Source of the DNA: an uncultured Alphaproteobacteria bacterium
Lineage (GTDB): Bacteria > Pseudomonadota > Alphaproteobacteria > RF32 > CAG-239
Direction: 5' to 3'
NCBI GenBank assembly: GCA_944391475.1
Contig: CALXTR010000002.1
Location: forward strand, 67,814-131,813
DNA: 64,000 nt
Shown here: piece after piece, positions 10,582 to 20,224 of the stretch
How positions within the stretch are numbered: position 1 is the first letter of the stretch
How the letters are laid out: every line of letters begins with the position of its first letter
The notes under the pieces: generated by a model
Seen by the model: the letters and a program-made list of their open reading frames with translations, nothing else
Told to the model about the DNA's origin: nothing
The model's database searches: none
Made by a program: the position numbers and the translations under genes

Positions 10582-12657
10582 TTATTTCTTGAGTTCAAAT
10601 AACAACACACTCCAAGCCGGAACTTTAATAATTTGCTCAGAGCTAAGCTCTTTTATAGGCTTGAACTCTTCTGAGCTGTCTAACAGCAAATTCCAGCTCG
10701 ACATGCCTTCAACAACCGGCAAACGCCATTTGAGCATATTGTTATTGGCATTGAAAATGCAATAAATGTATCCGCGTTCATTGTGCACCAAATATGAAAT
10801 GCTGCGGCGGTCACCGTTCTTCCAATCTGATATGGTAAACTCGGTTCCATTTTCAGTGTACCAAGTTAGGTCTTTAATCTTCTTTCTTCCGCTCGGTTGA
10901 CCGGTAAAAAACTTACGCCGCTTAAAACAAGCCAATTTGCGACGAATTCTTATCAAACGGCGGACAAATCGTGCCATACCGATACCAAGTGTATTGATAC
11001 CTTCCCAATTTATCCACGTGATGGCATTGTCCTGATTGTAGGGATTATTATTGCCCATTTGAGTATTGAAAAATTCATCGCCGGCAACCATCATCGGGGT
11101 TCCAAAAGACAGCAGTAATGTGCTAAGCATGGCGCGAGCGCGGCGCAAACGATTTTCCCGAATCTCGATATCTTTACTTTCACCTTCCCAACCGGAATTC
11201 CAACTCCAGTTGCTATTGGTGCCATCACGATTGTCTTCGCCGTTGGCTAAATTGTGTTTCTGATTGTAGCTTACTAAATCGCGCAGGCAAAAACCATCAT
11301 GTGCGGTAATAAAGTTGACACTACTCCAGATATCGCGATTGTCATAGTCAAACACATCGCTTGATCCGCTGATGCGGCTGGCAAAATCACCAACTTGGAA
11401 GTTGTCCCCTTTCCAAAAACGACGTACAGTATCGCGGTATTTATCATTCCATTCCGCCCAGCCCGGCGGGAAAGCGCCTACCTGGTAGCCACCGATACCG
11501 ACATCCCATGGTTCGGCGATGAGTTTTACGTTTCTTAAGACCGGATCTTGACTGATTGCGTATAAGAAACCGCATTTCTGGCTTACAACCGTTTTTTGGC
11601 GGCACAACGTGGTAGCTAAATCAAAACGGAAACCATCAACATGCATTTCCTCCACCCAATAGCGCAATGAATCCATGACCAAGGTCAATACGTTGGGGTG
11701 TTGAATATTAAATGATGCGCCACAACCGGTACTATCGTAATAATAGCGCCGATTGCCTGCCAAAGTATAGTAGGAGGCATTGTCAATTCCGCGGTAGCAC
11801 AATGTCGGCCCCATTTCATTGCCTTCGCCGGTATGGTTATACACCACATCTAAAATAACTTCCAATCCGTGTTGGTGCATATTTTTGATGAGCTCTTTAA
11901 CCTCATCAATATTACCACTGGCAAGATATCTCGGCTCTGGGGCAAAAAAATTAAAACTCTCATAGCCCCAATAATTGTCCTTAATGTATCCTTTTTTCTT
12001 TCGGCTGCTGAAAAAGGCGTGAATCGGTAAAAACTCTACCGAAGTAACTCCAAGCCATTTTAAATAACTCAACACGCTTTTATTATTAAATCCGGCAAAA
12101 GTCCCCCGTTTGCAGTTAGGCATTTGAGGGTGAAGCTTGGTATAACCTTTTAAGTGGGTTTCATAGATAATGCTATCTTCAATTTTATAGCGAGGAGATT
12201 TATCATCTCCCCAATCAAAGTCATTGGCCGTTACTACTGACTTTGGCACATAGGGAGCACTGTCTAACGTACTAAAAGACAAATCTTTTTGCGGACTATC
12301 CCAGTCATATCCAAACAAGGCCTTATGCCAAATCAAACGACCGGTTAACTTCTTGGCATAGGGGTCAAGAAGTAACTTATTTGGATTGAAACGGTGTCCT
12401 TCTTCGGGCTTATAAGGACCATAGACCCGATAACCATATACCTGTCCGGGTTTGATTCCGGGCAGGTATATGTGCCAAATATTGTTGTCATTTTCGGTGA
12501 TGGCATAGCGGGCAATCTCTTTCACGCCGGCATCATCAAACAAGCAGACCTCAACCTTTTCAGCATTGGCTGAAAATAATGCAAAATTTACTCCCTCACC
12601 GTCCCAGTTGGCACCCAAAGGCCAAGATTTGCCATCTGAGGGTTTGAGTTTTTGCAT
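10582..12657 (-). CDS. glgX: Glycogen debranching enzyme GlgX (GH13)
   Basis: N-terminal LGANWDGEGVNFALFSANAEKVEVCLFD is GlgX-type. GH13 catalytic regions FRFDLA, EPWD and ITAHDGF. Confidence 0.85.
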   Translation of the reverse strand: MQKLKPSDGKSWPLGANWDGEGVNFALFSANAEKVEVCLFDDAGVKEIARYAITENDNNIWHIYLPGIKPGQVYGYRVYGPYKPEEGHRFNPNKLLLDPYAKKLTGRLIWHKALFGYDWDSPQKDLSFSTLDSAPYVPKSVVTANDFDWGDDKSPRYKIEDSIIYETHLKGYTKLHPQMPNCKRGTFAGFNNKSVLSYLKWLGVTSVEFLPIHAFFSSRKKKGYIKDNYWGYESFNFFAPEPRYLASGNIDEVKELIKNMHQHGLEVILDVVYNHTGEGNEMGPTLCYRGIDNASYYTLAGNRRYYYDSTGCGASFNIQHPNVLTLVMDSLRYWVEEMHVDGFRFDLATTLCRQKTVVSQKCGFLYAISQDPVLRNVKLIAEPWDVGIGGYQVGAFPPGWAEWNDKYRDTVRRFWKGDNFQVGDFASRISGSSDVFDYDNRDIWSSVNFITAHDGFCLRDLVSYNQKHNLANGEDNRDGTNSNWSWNSGWEGESKDIEIRENRLRRARAMLSTLLLSFGTPMMVAGDEFFNTQMGNNNPYNQDNAITWINWEGINTLGIGMARFVRRLIRIRRKLACFKRRKFFTGQPSGRKKIKDLTWYTENGTEFTISDWKNGDRRSISYLVHNERGYIYCIFNANNNMLKWRLPVVEGMSSWNLLLDSSEEFKPIKELSSEQIIKVPAWSVLLFELKK

Positions 12658-12668
12658 TATTTTCTCCT

Positions 12669-14861
12669 TTATCTAATCGGCTTTATCACTATGGTTGAAA
12701 GCGGAGGCAAAATAACCTTAATCGAATTAGGTTTATCATTGCAGGGAACATTTTCTGCCTGCATGAGCCCTTCGTTTTTAACCCCACTTCCCCAGTAGTT
12801 TACATCATCACTGTTAAAAATTTCTTGATAACGACAATTTTCATATACACCTATTCGATAATCGTTACGGGGTACCGGAGTAAAGTTACAAATTACAATC
12901 AGATAATCGCCGGGGGTTTCGCCTTTACGCATATAAGAAATAACACTATCATCAGCATTGCTGTGGTCGATCCACTCAAAGCCGCGATAGTCAAAATCTA
13001 TCTGATGCAAAGGCGCATTACCTTTATACATCAGGTTCAAATCACGAACACAGTTTTGCATACCTTTATACATCGGGTGGTCAAGCAAGAACCAACGGAG
13101 CCCTTCTTCCGAATTCCACTCCCAATCGTGCCCAAACTCGCAACCCATGAATAACAGTTTTTTACCGGGGTGAGTATACATAAAGCCATAATATGCTCTT
13201 AAGTTAGCAAATTTTTGCCACTCATCTCCGGGCATTTTGGAAAGCATGGAGCCTTTGCCATGCACAACCTCATCGTGTGATATAGGCAAAATAAAGTTCT
13301 CATTAAAAGCATAGAGCAGACCAAAAGTGAGTTTGCCGTGCTCATATTTGCGGTAAACTGGATCTTTACTGATGTATTTTAAGGTATCATTCATCCAGCC
13401 CATATTCCACTTGTAGCCAAAACCTAACCCGCCCATAGTGGTGGGACGAGAAACCATCGGCCAAGCGGTCGACTCTTCAGCACAGGTGAAAGCACCTTTG
13501 CACTGACCATAGACTAACTCATTCATCTTACGTAAGAAAGAGATGGCTTCCAGATTTTCGTTACCGCCATATTGGTTGGGAATCCACTCACCGCTTTTGC
13601 GGGAATAATCCAAATAGAGCATGGAGGCAACTGCATCAACACGCAGACCATCGATGTGAAATTCTTTGAGCCAATATAGCGCGCTTGCACACAAGAAATT
13701 GCATACCTCGTTGCGGCCATAGTTATAAATCTTTGTACCCCAGTCGCGGTGTTCGCCTTTTCTGGGATCGGCATGCTCATACAAATGTGTACCATCAAAT
13801 TCATTGAGACCGTGACCGTCTTTGGGGAAGTGAGCCGGAACCCAATCCATAATAACCCCAATACCTGCCTCGTGGAATTTCTCAATCAAATATCTTAAAT
13901 CATCTGGCTTACCAAAGCGGCTGGTCGGAGCAAACATTCCCACAACCTGATAGCCCCATGAACTATCCAACGGGTGTTCGCACAATGGCAAAAACTCAAC
14001 GTGGGTGAAGCCCATATTAACCACATAGGGTACTAAAGTATCTGCCAACTCACGATAAGTCATAAATTCATTATTTTCTTTGCGACGCCATGAACCTAAA
14101 TGAACCTCATAGATAGACATTGGTTTATCAAAACTATTTGCGGTTTCGCGATATTTCATCCATTCGTCATCGCTCCATGTATAGCGATTGATATCATATA
14201 CGATAGATGCTGTGCTTGGTCTTTTTTCGGCGTAGAATCCAACCGGATCGGATTTTACTAAAATGTAGTTTTCTTGAGTTTTTACTTCAAACTTGTAGAA
14301 CTCACCCTCACCTATACCCGGAATAAAAATATCCCACACACCACAACTTGGGTGTTTGCGCATAACATGAGCACGACCGTCCCAATTGTTGAATGCACCA
14401 ACAACGCTAACGCGTTTTGCGTTTGGTGCCCATACGGCAAAACCAACACCTTTTACACCATTCATTTCCATGAGGTGGGCGCCGAGTTTTTTATACATTT
14501 CCAGGTGATTGCCTTCAGCTAACAAATAGACATCAATGTCCCCTAAAACTGAAGGAAAACGATACTCATCTTCTTTGATATATTTATGCCCCATATCATT
14601 TTCTATGCGGAATCGATATGGGAAGTTTTCGATTGCACCAAGATTAATTTGGAAGAATCCTCTATCATCTAATTTGGTCATAAAACCTACGGACGAATCA
14701 TCATAACGCAGAACCTCAATACTCACTGCGTGCGGTTGGTAGGCGCGAATAAATACTTCCTTACTACCTTTATCTTTGTGGATGCCGAGCACAGCAAATA
14801 CATTACTGTGATCGCCGTTTATTACAGCTTCCATTTCTGCTGGTGATAATAAATTTTCCAT
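12669..14861 (-). CDS. glgB: 1,4-alpha-glucan branching enzyme
   Basis: 730 aa with GH13_9 motifs (GFRVDAVASM, HDEVVHGKGS) and an N-terminal CBM48-like region. 12-nt spacing to glgX. Confidence 0.9.
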   Translation of the reverse strand: MENLLSPAEMEAVINGDHSNVFAVLGIHKDKGSKEVFIRAYQPHAVSIEVLRYDDSSVGFMTKLDDRGFFQINLGAIENFPYRFRIENDMGHKYIKEDEYRFPSVLGDIDVYLLAEGNHLEMYKKLGAHLMEMNGVKGVGFAVWAPNAKRVSVVGAFNNWDGRAHVMRKHPSCGVWDIFIPGIGEGEFYKFEVKTQENYILVKSDPVGFYAEKRPSTASIVYDINRYTWSDDEWMKYRETANSFDKPMSIYEVHLGSWRRKENNEFMTYRELADTLVPYVVNMGFTHVEFLPLCEHPLDSSWGYQVVGMFAPTSRFGKPDDLRYLIEKFHEAGIGVIMDWVPAHFPKDGHGLNEFDGTHLYEHADPRKGEHRDWGTKIYNYGRNEVCNFLCASALYWLKEFHIDGLRVDAVASMLYLDYSRKSGEWIPNQYGGNENLEAISFLRKMNELVYGQCKGAFTCAEESTAWPMVSRPTTMGGLGFGYKWNMGWMNDTLKYISKDPVYRKYEHGKLTFGLLYAFNENFILPISHDEVVHGKGSMLSKMPGDEWQKFANLRAYYGFMYTHPGKKLLFMGCEFGHDWEWNSEEGLRWFLLDHPMYKGMQNCVRDLNLMYKGNAPLHQIDFDYRGFEWIDHSNADDSVISYMRKGETPGDYLIVICNFTPVPRNDYRIGVYENCRYQEIFNSDDVNYWGSGVKNEGLMQAENVPCNDKPNSIKVILPPLSTIVIKPIR

Positions 14862-15004
14862 AAATATACCCCGTATCTAAGACTCTAAAATTAAGGTTAA
14901 AAATACTTCAAGATTCATCTATAAAACATATATTATTATTTGCAACAAAATATCTCACTTTTACAAATTTTTTTGCAAAATTAGCGAATTAAATCTTTTT
15001 AGTA

Positions 15005-15033
15005 TTGACGTATTATTTTTTGATTATATATTA
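15005..15033 (+). promoter_or_regulatory. Sigma-70-like promoter for the DUF2934 gene
   Basis: TTGACG (15005-15010), 16-17-nt spacer, TATATT/ATATTA at 15027-15033. AGGAG SD 6 nt before the ATG at 15076. Confidence 0.5.
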
Positions 15034-15075
15034 AAAAGTGATTAGTAAAATTTTTCATTTTTTCAGGAGTTGATT

Positions 15076-15294
15076 ATGGCTACTAAACTTAACGAAAATG
15101 CAATCAGAGAAGCTGCTTATTACATCTGGCAAAATGCCGGTTGTCCGAGTGGTCAAGAAGCTCAACACTGGGCTATGGCTATTGAGCAATTGTCTGGTTC
15201 TTGCAGCAAAAAATGCTCTTCTTCATCTTCTAAGAAAAGCTCTTCTAGCTGCGCTAGCAAAAGTTCTTCTTCCAAAAAAAGCTCTAAAAAATAG
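15076..15294 (+). CDS. Small DUF2934-family protein with a Ser/Lys-rich low-complexity tail
   Basis: Conserved YYIWQ..G.P.G....W..A motif of DUF2934. C-terminal SSSSSKKSSSS tail. Own promoter and terminator. Confidence 0.6.
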   Translation: MATKLNENAIREAAYYIWQNAGCPSGQEAQHWAMAIEQLSGSCSKKCSSSSSKKSSSSCASKSSSSKKSSKK

Positions 15295-15319
15295 TTTGTT
15301 TTTTGGGAATGATGAGTTA

Positions 15320-15350
15320 AAAAACCTCTGCAAATGCAGAGGTTTTTTTT
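15320..15350. terminator. Intrinsic terminator, bidirectional, between the DUF2934 gene and the TPR-methyltransferase gene
   Basis: Stem CCTCTGCA / TGCAGAGG followed by T8. A5 on the other side. Confidence 0.8.
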
Positions 15351-15386
15351 GACGCAAATTTAATGCAAAACATTAGAGAATTTATC

Positions 15387-16700
15387 TTATTTACGAGCGG
15401 AAATTATGTAGCCCATAACCGATTTTCCCGCCTCGGTTCTTAGCTGCTGCAAGCTTTGTTTTTCAAGAACAAATCCTACATCATTTAGCAGCTTTTTTAG
15501 ATATTCAATTTGATGTGAAAATCTGCCTGATAAATGTAAATTCCAATCCGAATCTGTTTTCTTATTTTGGGTAATACTAAAAATTATCCGACCATGTTTT
15601 TTTAGTGCTGAAAATGAACTAACAAACACCGGTTTTAAGTCGCCAAAATAGGTCAACACATCTGCAGCAGTGATTAAATCATACGCATTTTTTTGCTCAC
15701 TTAAAAAACTGCACAATTCCTGACAATAAAGCCGATGATATATCTTTTTTTTGGCGGCTTCTTCAAGCATTTTTGAAGATAAATCTACACCATCTAAACC
15801 ATTAAATGAGGCATATTTTTTTAAGAACAATCCACATAATCCGGTACCGCATCCGGCATCTAAAATACGAATCTTTTTTAGCCAACGATGCGGATACAAT
15901 TCATGCATAAACTCCGCAATATACTGAGGAGCCTTATAATCAAGCCCTGACAAAACTTGTTCAAAAGCCGATGCAAAATTATCAAATATTGTACTGACAT
16001 ACTTAGGATTGGCAACAGTGATATCCGTATTATTTTTTAGCGCATCAATGGCAAATCTTACTTGCGAATCTTGACCATATTTTTCTTCCCAAATTGCAAC
16101 CTCTGCTGCAATTGAATCTGCACCTTTTTCTAAAGCGGTTTCATAGAGCAAATAACTTAAATTTAATTGCTGAGAAGAATCGCCATCACTTTTTTCGATG
16201 GCTTGCAAACCATAGATAAATGCTTTGTGAAAGTCCCCTTTTTTTTGCCATGCTTGGCTCAAAGAATTGTCCACCCAAAAATCATGCGGCGAGAGCTCGG
16301 AAAGTTTTTCTAAAACATTTATTGCCTCGGAATAGTTTTCGCTTTCCAAATATGCATTACCAAGTAATGAAAGTGCTGTCTGATTATTGCTTTCTTGTTT
16401 GAGTGCGGCTCTGACATAGTTGATACATTCTTTATATAATTTGAGTTCGAAACAAGCATTAGCCAAATTAATCTGATTTGCCATGTTATCTGGTTGTAGC
16501 TTTTCTATTTGCCGATAAACTCCGAGGGCATCTTCATAAGCTTCATCTAAAAAATATGCGTTACCTAACAGTGTAAGTGCGGTGATATTTTTAGAATCTA
16601 GCCGGATAACTTTTCGACACAGCGACATGGTTTTGGAGATATTCTCTTCCTGATAGGCTGTCTTCGCCTCAAAAAGCAATGTTTCTACAGTTTTTTTCAT
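15387..16700 (-). CDS. TPR-repeat protein fused to a class I SAM-dependent methyltransferase
   Basis: N-terminal tetratricopeptide repeats (LLGNAY.. periodicity). C-terminal motif I ILDAGCGTGL. Confidence 0.7.
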   Translation of the reverse strand: MKKTVETLLFEAKTAYQEENISKTMSLCRKVIRLDSKNITALTLLGNAYFLDEAYEDALGVYRQIEKLQPDNMANQINLANACFELKLYKECINYVRAALKQESNNQTALSLLGNAYLESENYSEAINVLEKLSELSPHDFWVDNSLSQAWQKKGDFHKAFIYGLQAIEKSDGDSSQQLNLSYLLYETALEKGADSIAAEVAIWEEKYGQDSQVRFAIDALKNNTDITVANPKYVSTIFDNFASAFEQVLSGLDYKAPQYIAEFMHELYPHRWLKKIRILDAGCGTGLCGLFLKKYASFNGLDGVDLSSKMLEEAAKKKIYHRLYCQELCSFLSEQKNAYDLITAADVLTYFGDLKPVFVSSFSALKKHGRIIFSITQNKKTDSDWNLHLSGRFSHQIEYLKKLLNDVGFVLEKQSLQQLRTEAGKSVMGYIISARK

Positions 16701-16795
16701 CTATCTCTCATGGTTAAATTTGCTTTAGTATAACCGGCGTAATTTAATTTTTGATAAAGGGAAATAAAAAAAATTAAAATTTTTGAAAAAAACTA

Positions 16796-16824
16796 TTGAC
16801 GTGAGCTTAGAAATATATTATCAA
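16796..16824 (+). promoter_or_regulatory. Possible promoter of tRNA-Leu
   Basis: TTGACG (16796-16801), 17-nt spacer, TATCAA (16819-16824). Confidence 0.3.
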
Positions 16825-16838
16825 TGCCGATATCTGAT

Positions 16839-16924
16839 GGGGGTATGGCGGAACTGGTAGACGCGCTAGACTCAAAATCTTGTGGGTTCATCCCGTGTCA
16901 GTTCGAGTCTGACTACCCCTACCA
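16839..16924 (+). tRNA. tRNA-Leu (anticodon CAA), class II with long variable arm
   Basis: Cloverleaf with D-loop AACTGGTAGA, anticodon loop CUCAAAA, variable arm GGG/CCC hairpin, T-arm GTCAG-TTCGAGT-CTGAC and 3' CCA encoded. One U.U mismatch in the anticodon stem and G1.U72 in the acceptor stem. Confidence 0.8.
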
Positions 16925-16930
16925 ATCATG

Positions 16931-16958
16931 AAAGCCTTGGTAATCCAAGGCTTTTTTT
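16931..16958 (+). terminator. Intrinsic terminator after tRNA-Leu
   Basis: Stem AAAGCCTTGG / CCAAGGCTTT, loop TAAT, T7 run. Confidence 0.8.
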
Positions 16959-17026
16959 GTTGCTTACGTTTAATTTTTATTTTCTACGCATATATATATT
17001 TCCTAAACTTGGAAGGGAAAGTTAAG

Positions 17027-17506
17027 ATGTGGGAAAAATTCACAACCTTATTTCAACGCGAAAAATCTTTTTTTGATAACTGGTTTATGATTGATGAGAG
17101 AATCCGTTTTGTTATGGTCGGATTTGGCAACACACTTATTCGATATGCAATATTTGTAATTCTAGGCGTCATCACCTCTATTTCCCATTACCAAATTATC
17201 TTACTTGCATCATGGCTTTTATCATCTGTAACAGCCTTTTTTGCTTATAAGATTTTGGTGTTTGAAACGAGCGGAAACCATTGGAAAGAATATGGACGCT
17301 CTTTAATAGTATGGACGCTAAGCTATTTTATCAATGCTTTATTCTTGGAAATATTGATAAAAAATCTGATGCTAAATCCATATCTGGCACAAGCAATTGC
17401 CATTTTGTTTATCATGGTCATTAACTACCTATTATTCAAGCATTTTGCATTCAAAATCGAACGAAAAAACTTCATTGAAAAACTATTTGGCTTTTTTGAA
17501 AACTAA
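17027..17506 (+). CDS. GtrA-family membrane protein (polysaccharide synthesis/flippase-associated). Start at ATG 17027 rather than the track start
   Basis: VGFGNTLIRYAIFVIL motif with four TM helices, about 159 aa. SD GGAAGGG upstream. Confidence 0.6.
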   Translation: MWEKFTTLFQREKSFFDNWFMIDERIRFVMVGFGNTLIRYAIFVILGVITSISHYQIILLASWLLSSVTAFFAYKILVFETSGNHWKEYGRSLIVWTLSYFINALFLEILIKNLMLNPYLAQAIAILFIMVINYLLFKHFAFKIERKNFIEKLFGFFEN

Positions 17507-17562
17507 TCTTGCATCACGGCGGTTTTTGAGCTAGCATACCGTAGAACTATTCAAGGAGAAAC

Positions 17563-18540
17563 ATGATGCATATTTTAGTTATCGGGGGAGCCGGATATAT
17601 CGGAAGCCACGTTGTAAAAGCCATAATGAATGCCAATCATAAAGTTAGCGTATTTGACAATCTTTCGAGCGGATTAGAATCTAACCTGTTTTCGCAAAAC
17701 AAATTTTTCAAAGCTGATATTCTGGATTATGATGCACTCAAAAATGCTCTCCTTGAAAAGGTTGATGCCGTAGTACATTTGGCTGCGAAAAAGGCCGTAG
17801 GCGAATCTATGCAAAAACCCGAAATTTATGCTCTTAACAATATCTCGGGTACAATCAACATATTAAACGCAATGGCTGAAACAGGCGTCAAAAATTTGGT
17901 CTTTTCTTCATCGGCTGCCGTATATGGTAATCCCCAATATGTACCAATTGATGAAAACCATCCGCTCAATCCTCTCAGTTTTTATGGCTTTACCAAGCAA
18001 GACATTGAAAACTATATGCGCTGGTATGAACAACTCAAAGGCTTGCGTTTTATCTCTTTGCGCTATTTTAATGCGGTTGGATATGATGAAGAAGGAATCG
18101 TGCATGGGTTGGAAAACAATCCGCAAAATCTGCTCCCAATCATTATGGAAGCCATTCTCGGTAAACGCTCAAAATTGCAAATTTTTGGGCATGATTATGA
18201 TACCAAAGACGGCACTTGCATTCGAGATTATATTCATGTTAGCGACTTGGCTTCGGCTCACGTCAAAGCGCTGGAATTTTTACACCAAGGTGGTGAAAGC
18301 CAAATTTTAAACCTTGGCACTGAAAAAGGATTTAGCGTATTGGAAATGGTACAAGCAACTCAAAAAGTTACCGGACGCAGTGTACCTTACGAATTTGCGG
18401 ACCGTCGTCCGGGCGATCCGGCAATTATTTTGGCATCAGCTAAAAAAGCGCGCCAAATTCTCAACTGGGAACCAACCCATAGTCAGCTGGATAACATCAT
18501 CAGCTCGACTTGGAATGCCTACCAAAAATCATCCTTATAG
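17563..18540 (+). CDS. galE: UDP-glucose 4-epimerase
   Basis: GGAGYIGSH Rossmann motif, YxxxK and a catalytic Ser region. 325 aa. Confidence 0.9.
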   Translation: MMHILVIGGAGYIGSHVVKAIMNANHKVSVFDNLSSGLESNLFSQNKFFKADILDYDALKNALLEKVDAVVHLAAKKAVGESMQKPEIYALNNISGTINILNAMAETGVKNLVFSSSAAVYGNPQYVPIDENHPLNPLSFYGFTKQDIENYMRWYEQLKGLRFISLRYFNAVGYDEEGIVHGLENNPQNLLPIIMEAILGKRSKLQIFGHDYDTKDGTCIRDYIHVSDLASAHVKALEFLHQGGESQILNLGTEKGFSVLEMVQATQKVTGRSVPYEFADRRPGDPAIILASAKKARQILNWEPTHSQLDNIISSTWNAYQKSSL

Positions 18541-18622
18541 CAATTCTATCTAATTGTCTTTTGCCTAACCTTTTGTTAATATACTTAAGTAGTTCATGAA
18601 TAGCATTTAGGGGATAAAAATT

Positions 18623-18787
18623 ATGGCTAAAGTAAATATTGCGAACTATATCATTGAAGAAATGGCTTCGGAAAAAGCTTCGCGGCTGGACATGGAGGAG
18701 CGAATCTCTTTGGTGGATAATCTGATTGATAAGTGGTCACGCAAAGAATATTTTCAGCCGGATATATCAGACAAAGAACTTCCGTAA
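18623..18787 (+). CDS. Unannotated 54-aa ORF (MAKVNIANYIIEEMASEKASRLDMEERISLVDNLIDKWSRKEYFQPDISDKELP), below the 60-aa track cutoff
   Basis: ATG with AGGGGA SD. Ends 21 nt before the MBL-hydrolase start on the same strand. No recognised family. Confidence 0.35.
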   Translation: MAKVNIANYIIEEMASEKASRLDMEERISLVDNLIDKWSRKEYFQPDISDKELP

Positions 18788-18808
18788 CAACTAGCTTTTG
18801 AGGCAAGA

Positions 18809-19510
18809 ATGACCCAAATTATTGACTATGGTAACTTGAAAATTTTTTATCTCGGACACAGCGGATTTGTTATTCAGCGTGGGGCGCACAAAATTGTGAT
18901 TGATCCGTTTTTAACTAATGCTCCGATGGCGCGCCTTAAGCCAAATCAAATCTCGACAACTGACATTCTTATCACTCATGGGCACGCAGATCACATTGGA
19001 GACGCGGTCGAAATTAGTAAAAATAATCAAGCCAAAATTACCGCTGTGTGGGAAGTGGCACAATGGTGCAAAGAACAAGGGGCAGAAACCCTGCCTGTTC
19101 CCATCGGTGTGACCCAGCTTTTTGACTGGGGCAAAGCTATCTTTCGTCCGGCGGTGCATAGCGGGTTCTTGCCGAACGGTAAAAGTTTTGGCCCGGCTGC
19201 GGGTATTATTTTAGATTTCGGCGACATTAAAATCTATCATCTTGGCGATACTGCTATTAACTCCGACCTCAAATTTGTGGGCGAATTTTATCGACCAGAT
19301 GTGGCTCTTATTCCTATCGGCGGGCGGGTTAATCTCGACATTGACCAAGCCGTTACCGTAGCTAAGTGGCTCAAGGTTAAAACCGTGGTGCCAACGCATT
19401 ATGACCTCTTTACCCAAGGTGATGTAAATCCACTTAACTTCAAGCAAAAAATTGAGCAAGAAACCGATATTAAATGTGAAATTATGGAGCCTATCTCAAC
19501 ATCTCTATAA
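18809..19510 (+). CDS. Metal-dependent hydrolase, metallo-beta-lactamase fold (UPF0173-like)
   Basis: ITHGHADH (HxHxDH) motif, 233 aa. Confidence 0.75.
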   Translation: MTQIIDYGNLKIFYLGHSGFVIQRGAHKIVIDPFLTNAPMARLKPNQISTTDILITHGHADHIGDAVEISKNNQAKITAVWEVAQWCKEQGAETLPVPIGVTQLFDWGKAIFRPAVHSGFLPNGKSFGPAAGIILDFGDIKIYHLGDTAINSDLKFVGEFYRPDVALIPIGGRVNLDIDQAVTVAKWLKVKTVVPTHYDLFTQGDVNPLNFKQKIEQETDIKCEIMEPISTSL

Positions 19511-19512
19511 TG

Positions 19513-20178
19513 CTACTTGGGGCTCTCGTTTTCCAAACGCAGCTCATTGGCCTTTTCAGCCGAAACTGCCATATTTTCCAGGTCTTCCAAAAACCACTCG
19601 ATATCGCCGTCATCGTTGGCAAACAACTCATAAAAGCGTGAACGGTAGGATAATATCAGGCTACTTTCGGCAAATTTCAAATCGATAATTTTATATCCGC
19701 CTTCAACCTCAACCAAGCGAAAAACCACCAAGAATGTCTGTGGTTGCTGGTTATCTTTTTTTTCTTCCAAGACTATACTTGTTGTGACATCGGTATAATC
19801 TTTTTCTGATTGCACCGAGTTAACCTCAAAATTTATTTTTTGCTCAAAGCTCAGCGGAAACCCCTTATACACTCCTAAAGCATAGCGCTTAAAAATTTCC
19901 TGATAGCGTTTTTGTTGATCGGGGCTCATTTGCCGCCAATACTTACCGACCACAAATTTGGAAATGTAATCTAAGTCCACATATTCCACAAACAACTTAT
20001 CCAAACGGCGATATTTTTCTGCGAGGTTGGGTTCATTAAATGTATCTAAAAGCTCCCTACCCTTATCATTTACCCAAGCTTTGGCATCGACCTTACTTAC
20101 AGAAGCACCACATATTTTGGCTCCTAAAAAAAGCACAAAACAAAAGATAATAAGTTGCAAAAAAAGGTTACGTTTCAT
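19513..20178 (-). CDS. mlaC: Phospholipid-binding periplasmic protein MlaC (Ttg2D toluene-tolerance family)
   Basis: Signal peptide and the MlaC-typical regions (FV.YVDLDYISKFVVGKYWRQ, YKII D). Confidence 0.75.
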   Translation of the reverse strand: MKRNLFLQLIIFCFVLFLGAKICGASVSKVDAKAWVNDKGRELLDTFNEPNLAEKYRRLDKLFVEYVDLDYISKFVVGKYWRQMSPDQQKRYQEIFKRYALGVYKGFPLSFEQKINFEVNSVQSEKDYTDVTTSIVLEEKKDNQQPQTFLVVFRLVEVEGGYKIIDLKFAESSLILSYRSRFYELFANDDGDIEWFLEDLENMAVSAEKANELRLENESPK

Positions 20179-20224
20179 GAAAAATTGCCTTATAGTTATT
20201 CTATCTTGGTAATATTATAACATA

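Noticed and set aside
15098-15352. 84-aa ORF overlapping the DUF2934 gene in another frame
   Set aside because: The DUF2934 motif, SD and ATG at 15076 fit the other frame. This ORF is a low-complexity mirror of the Ser/Lys-coding repeats.
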